From: Chrysomallon squamiferum
Taxonomy: Eukaryota; Animalia; Mollusca
Direction of reading: 5' to 3'
DNA: 64,000 nucleotides
Assembly (NCBI GenBank): GCA_012295275.1
Contig: CM022677.1
Span: 10,292,001-10,356,000, forward strand
The notes under the pieces were generated by a model, which was given only the letters and a program-made list of their open reading frames with translations, did not search any database and was not told the DNA's origin. Of the stretch, positions 29,829-64,000 are shown one piece after another. Each line of letters starts with the position of its first letter. The stretch's first letter is position 1. The translations under genes and the position numbers were made by a program.

Positions 29829-32800
29829 AGAGCAGTCAAAGAATTAACACATTGACTCTGAGACTACCAAAGTGACAAAGCACAGAGACAGTGAGAGAGT
29901 GGTGATGACTTCACACCTCAATGTTTTTCTTGTTACAAGAATCCATTTTACTGCTGGGAACTGTTGTGCAAATCTCTTTTTTAAGTGATACAAGTGTATA
30001 AATATCAGTATTGTTAACTGAGTACAAAAGTCAAAAAAATGTTTTAAAAAATGGCCACATACACATTATTAATATTGATTCAAAAATGTGTCCGTCAAAT
30101 AGTGATGTTGTTAAAATGACCTTCGCTTTGTTGTAATTTACAGCAAGTAGAACATATCTGTCATCTGTAAACGTGTGAAGTGTTGGAGATTTTGTGTTCC
30201 TGTGTAAGGGAGGTAATCATGTGTGGACTAAGTTGTGAAGCTTGTGATTGTGTTCTAACGCTAAACATTAATCACTAACAGACTACAGTTTTCTCTTCTT
30301 CAAGTCTCCATCGTCTTCAGTTAGTTACGTGTAAAGCTTTTGTTTTCCGGTTGTTATATTTCTTATGCTCTATAAAGAATACTAATTATTATTACTGTAA
30401 TAATAATTTTAATTATTAGAATTTGGAAATTTTGTATAACAAAAAAGTAAAGTTATATGGGGATATTTAGAAACTGTTTGACTAAAATTTTTGAAATCTG
30501 ATGCTGGTCGTATTTTGTGGAAATTTATAAAATGAATTTTCTACATCAAAAATTATACAGAACAATTGTTTAGTGTCAAAAGCTGAACCTTACGTTCTAC
30601 TTGTAAATCATGTGGAACATTTACTTTATAAAGCAGTTAACATTAGTACAGTGTGAACTGAGGAGTTAATTTATTAAAAACAGGAATCTTATAAACTCAT
30701 ATTTTTCAAATTTTGTGGAAATGTATTTAAACATATCAACAAATAGATTTTTATTTTTGAAGTTATCTCAGTGTGATACCAGTCTGGCTACAGAAATATT
30801 TAGTTATTGCAGAATTTGGAATACACTGAAATTTCGAGTTTTTAAATTTATTCATTTTAAAATTCTGGTCTTTGAAATAGTTCTTATAAAATAAGGAAAA
30901 TGTTTTATTTTTATTTTTTAAAGATAAAAATAAAATTTTAAGAAAATGATGCATCCTTTGAATTTGAAATTGTTAAACTTTTTTTATTTTGGGTTTTGTA
31001 AACATGTTTTTTTTTAACTTTTTTAACTTTTATAACTTGAATGTTTATATGTACATGAATGTACATAGACATGAGATTTTCTATCATATACCACAGTGTT
31101 TTCTCAAGAATTAGTCAAAAGATTTTGGTATAAATTTGTTTCTGTATATAATGAAATATAATTGTACCTTTATCATAAGATTTATGCTAAATATATTGCA
31201 TATTTTCTTTGGATTAGGTCAAGGCACTCAACCATGACCAGATAGGGAATAAAGTGAATATTAAGTGTTTTACATATCAAACAGTAGTTCATAGCATGTT
31301 GTTAAATAGACACAGTACAGATCATAGAGTGTTATTTGTTTACTACAAAAGTAGTTTTTGAGGAAAATGTAGTAGGTGATCATTTATAATGATGGAGCTG
31401 AATAATGTAAAATGATTTAAATGCGTAGATGAAATAAAAGTATCTTGTATAAAATGTAACTGAGTATTGATGAATTACGTTAAACAGAGTGTGTGTGTGT
31501 GTGTGTGTGTGAGAATATAACAGGTAAGTTTTAGTTATTCCTTCTTTATTTATCTTGTGATATTAATGTCACAACAAATATTAATACAGGTTTTTTTTTT
31601 TTTTTTAATTCTTATACAAGCTATTGATATTAATTTTTATAATTTAATTCTGATAAACAAAAACCTGTCTTACTAATAAAACACACTCTTTATGTTTTAC
31701 CGAAAGAAGTAAAAATAATTCGAAACAATTTATAATGAAGACATAGGTAACTGACAATTATATATTTGAATAAAAAGGATTTAAGAAAATAAAGCTAGAA
31801 GAAAAAAGAAAATCGCAGCTAATACTGCAACTATAAACTAAAACATGAATAACAATAAGAATAAAACAATAAATATTATTTGCATGTGTATGTATTTGTG
31901 CTTGAATATTAAATTTTGTTTAAAAATTACGATTCGAGTCACTTTAAAACTATCTTTAAGTTGGCGCCTTAACTAAACTGTTTATTTCTGAAAGTTGTGA
32001 GATGTCAGTACGGGAGAGTAGGAATAAACATTCCGAAATGCTTTACACTTCAGATTAAATGTATAAAGTAAATAATTATTTGTTCCATCAATGCGTAAAT
32101 CTACACAGTCGAATCACTAAGTGAATACATCGGCATTCAAGAAACAATAAAATAAACAGTAAATACAAATGTCATTATTATTACTGTTGCCGATTTGTTT
32201 TTGTATTTCCTTTTATCTTACGAAGAGAACAAAGTTTTGCTTTCAAGAAGGGGAGCGTGACAGGTAATTAGTAGAAAACGACGTCTGACAAGCCAGAAAG
32301 CAATCAATAGGCTGTCATTTCCGTCTTCAGTTCGGTTAGAAATCACCACGTAAAACCGCGGGCAGGTGAAGAAGTACTTGACTACAAACCGTTGAGCAGA
32401 AAACAGTATCTGAGCGAGTGTCGTCTGCTGCTGTTCCGAATGAGTGGCCGTGTGAGGGACGGGACGCTTGAATGAACTCAGTCAACTGTGGAGGGCGGTA
32501 ACGTAAAAATTCTTCTATAACGACGACGTCACACGCTTTGTGTTTCGTACAGGTGCAGGAGGTACGTGGAGGACGTCTGCACAGACAAGTTTTCAAACAA
32601 ATCGTGTCAGATTCGAAATTTTTCCTCTTTTTTTTAAAAGTATTTTAGTTTCAAGGGGAGACATACTTCTTAATCAGATTATGTTTCTAGTTTATAAAAT
32701 TCAGGATACCAATACTCTGATTTCAGGGAAAGGTGAGACACCTTTTTTCTATATATATAATTATCTAAACAATCTATTTTTTCTTCTACTGCTACTTCGT

Positions 32801-32857
32801 TTTCTTCATCTTCTTCTTCTTCTTCTTCTTCTTCTTCTTCTTCTTCTTCTTCTTCTT

Positions 32858-32888
<31 letters not shown>

Positions 32889-32904
32889 TTATTATTATTA
32901 TTAT

Positions 32905-32940
<36 letters not shown>

Positions 32941-34238
32941 AAATTATAGTTGCAATAATCGTAGTAATAATAGTAATAAAAAGAAACTATAATAAATTAA
33001 ACATAGGCAAAATAAACACATTAAACAATTTATTCGATTTAGAGAATTAACATAAATAAACTAAAAGTTTAGTGAAAACACATTAAAATAATATATGCAT
33101 CATGTAACTAGATTATACAATATGAATTTAAGATGAAATTATAGACATAAATAACCATATATATATTTTATTAATTCGTTATATTATTATTATACGAATA
33201 CATTACGATAGGCTCGAAATTATGAAACTAATCACTTTGTATGTCTGTTTCACGCAACAGGCTCACGTGAATGTATTAACAAAGTGAAATGGCTGTGGTT
33301 AGCTGTCTGCTTTGTAACAGTCGTGTATAGATTTCTTTCTTCAATAGTCTTTCACACTTTAAACACGCAATAGGCAAACTTACGAGCCATGTTCAAAAAA
33401 GGTTGCCCAAGTCTGCTTTCAAGGTTTCTTTATCTATTTATATATAATGGGCATAACCAAATAATATAAATAAACCTTCCTTGCTCATACATTTTCAACA
33501 CATAAATACACACACATACATGCACACATACACATACACGCCTGGATCTCCTCTATTATATTTCTGGAAACTTTTTTTAATAGATTCAAGTGTTTTTATT
33601 TTGTATAAAAGAAATGAAAAAAGTGTATGTAAATATGAATAATATCAATAAAACAATATATAAAAAAACACATATTGCGAAAAATCAACAGTTGCTGGTG
33701 AAACTAAATAAATGTATTACTATTATCATGTTCACTGACAGATTAAAACATGTAAAGTTTATTATGTTTACTATTTTTACTCCATGTTTTCTTTCTTTTT
33801 CCTTTTCTTGTGAAGTAAGTAAATATTTGTACTAATAATCAATTAATTACAATAAACAGATTTTAAAAATTATTTAACTTTGTACTGTGTGTATGATTGA
33901 TTTCTCTTTCTTTACGATAACTAAATTAATATTTATTTTTCAGCTGACGACGTTGTGATTAATATGCGGAGACATAACACTGATGTTTGCACCATTAACC
34001 TATTCATTTGTTAATCGCTGTGAGAGATGATGAGAAAACACTGTCTACATGATCACAGCAAACTTCTCGCTGGTAAACACAGTTTAAACTCCTGACTTTC
34101 TGCTGCTGTTTGGACTGATCAAACCTCCATGACTTATAAAAATAAAGAGAGATCATAATCTTTATTTGTCAAAGAATTGTTTTCTTAATCTGGATTTAAC
34201 GCTGACTTGAATTAACGTTTTGTCTGTGGAATCTGAAA

Positions 34239-63430
<29,192 letters not shown>

Positions 63431-64000
63431 GTATGTACTGTTAAACTTGTTACTGTTCAAAGAACTGATAACTTACAAACCAAGTATGTACAGTTAAACT
63501 TGTTACTGTTCAAAGAACTGATAACTTACAAACCAAGTATGTTTTCTTTTTACAGTTAAACTTGTTACTGTTCAAAGAACTGTTCAAAACTGAACTGTTC
63601 AAAGAACTGATAACTTACAAACCAAGTATGTTCCAGTTAAACTTGTTACTGTTCAAAGAACTGATAACTTACAAACCATGTATGTTTTCTTTTTAATGTT
63701 TTTTAAAAATACTTTTCTCTTCTTTTATTTATTTATTTATTTATTTATTATTAATACTGGCCTTTCTGAATGTATAGCATAACCTCAATTGTGGAGTAAT
63801 GGTCACCTGATTAACATGTGACAGCTGTGCAAACTCACAAAGGTTTCTGTATAGTAAAAATGCCTTACATTAAAAAAGACCTCACTGACTATATCCTTAA
63901 ATGATGGTATTTAAAACGTATTAGATATTAAAACCCACATTTTGTTTTCTGCCACAACTGACTGTTCACACCAGTGAAATTCTTGTATGTTTTAAAACTG

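Noticed and set aside
32540-32620. TACAGGTGCAGG shared with FAS1 exon A; candidate further first coding exon
   Set aside because: No ATG with signal peptide and no phase-0 donor after the comparable position. At most a non-coding 5' exon (donor-like GAG|GTACGT at 32561).

Overview
AT-rich, microsatellite-dense eukaryotic (animal, probably lophotrochozoan/molluscan; taxon is inference) genomic DNA. I assembled four intron-containing genes by hand, checking GT-AG sites and exon phases. (1) The 5' part (6 exons) of a divergent mitochondrial-clan-like cytochrome P450 on the - strand, running off the left edge. (2) A 3-exon, 94-aa secreted cysteine-rich antistasin-like peptide gene with TATA box and Inr. 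(3) A complete 8-exon carnosine N-methyltransferase (CARNMT1, 364 aa); its introns hold a long hairpin, a LINE remnant and a nested Tc1/mariner plus Gmr1-type Gypsy relic. (4) A multi-FAS1 (fasciclin/periostin-like) secreted protein gene running off the right edge. Two patterns stand out. First, several tandem arrays have a unit equal to the 3' end of a coding exon plus its splice donor, giving ladders of duplicate 5' splice sites in two different genes. Second, the FAS1 gene appears to have two paralogous, mutually alternative signal-peptide-encoding first coding exons. No CRISPR, rRNA or intact tRNA was seen.
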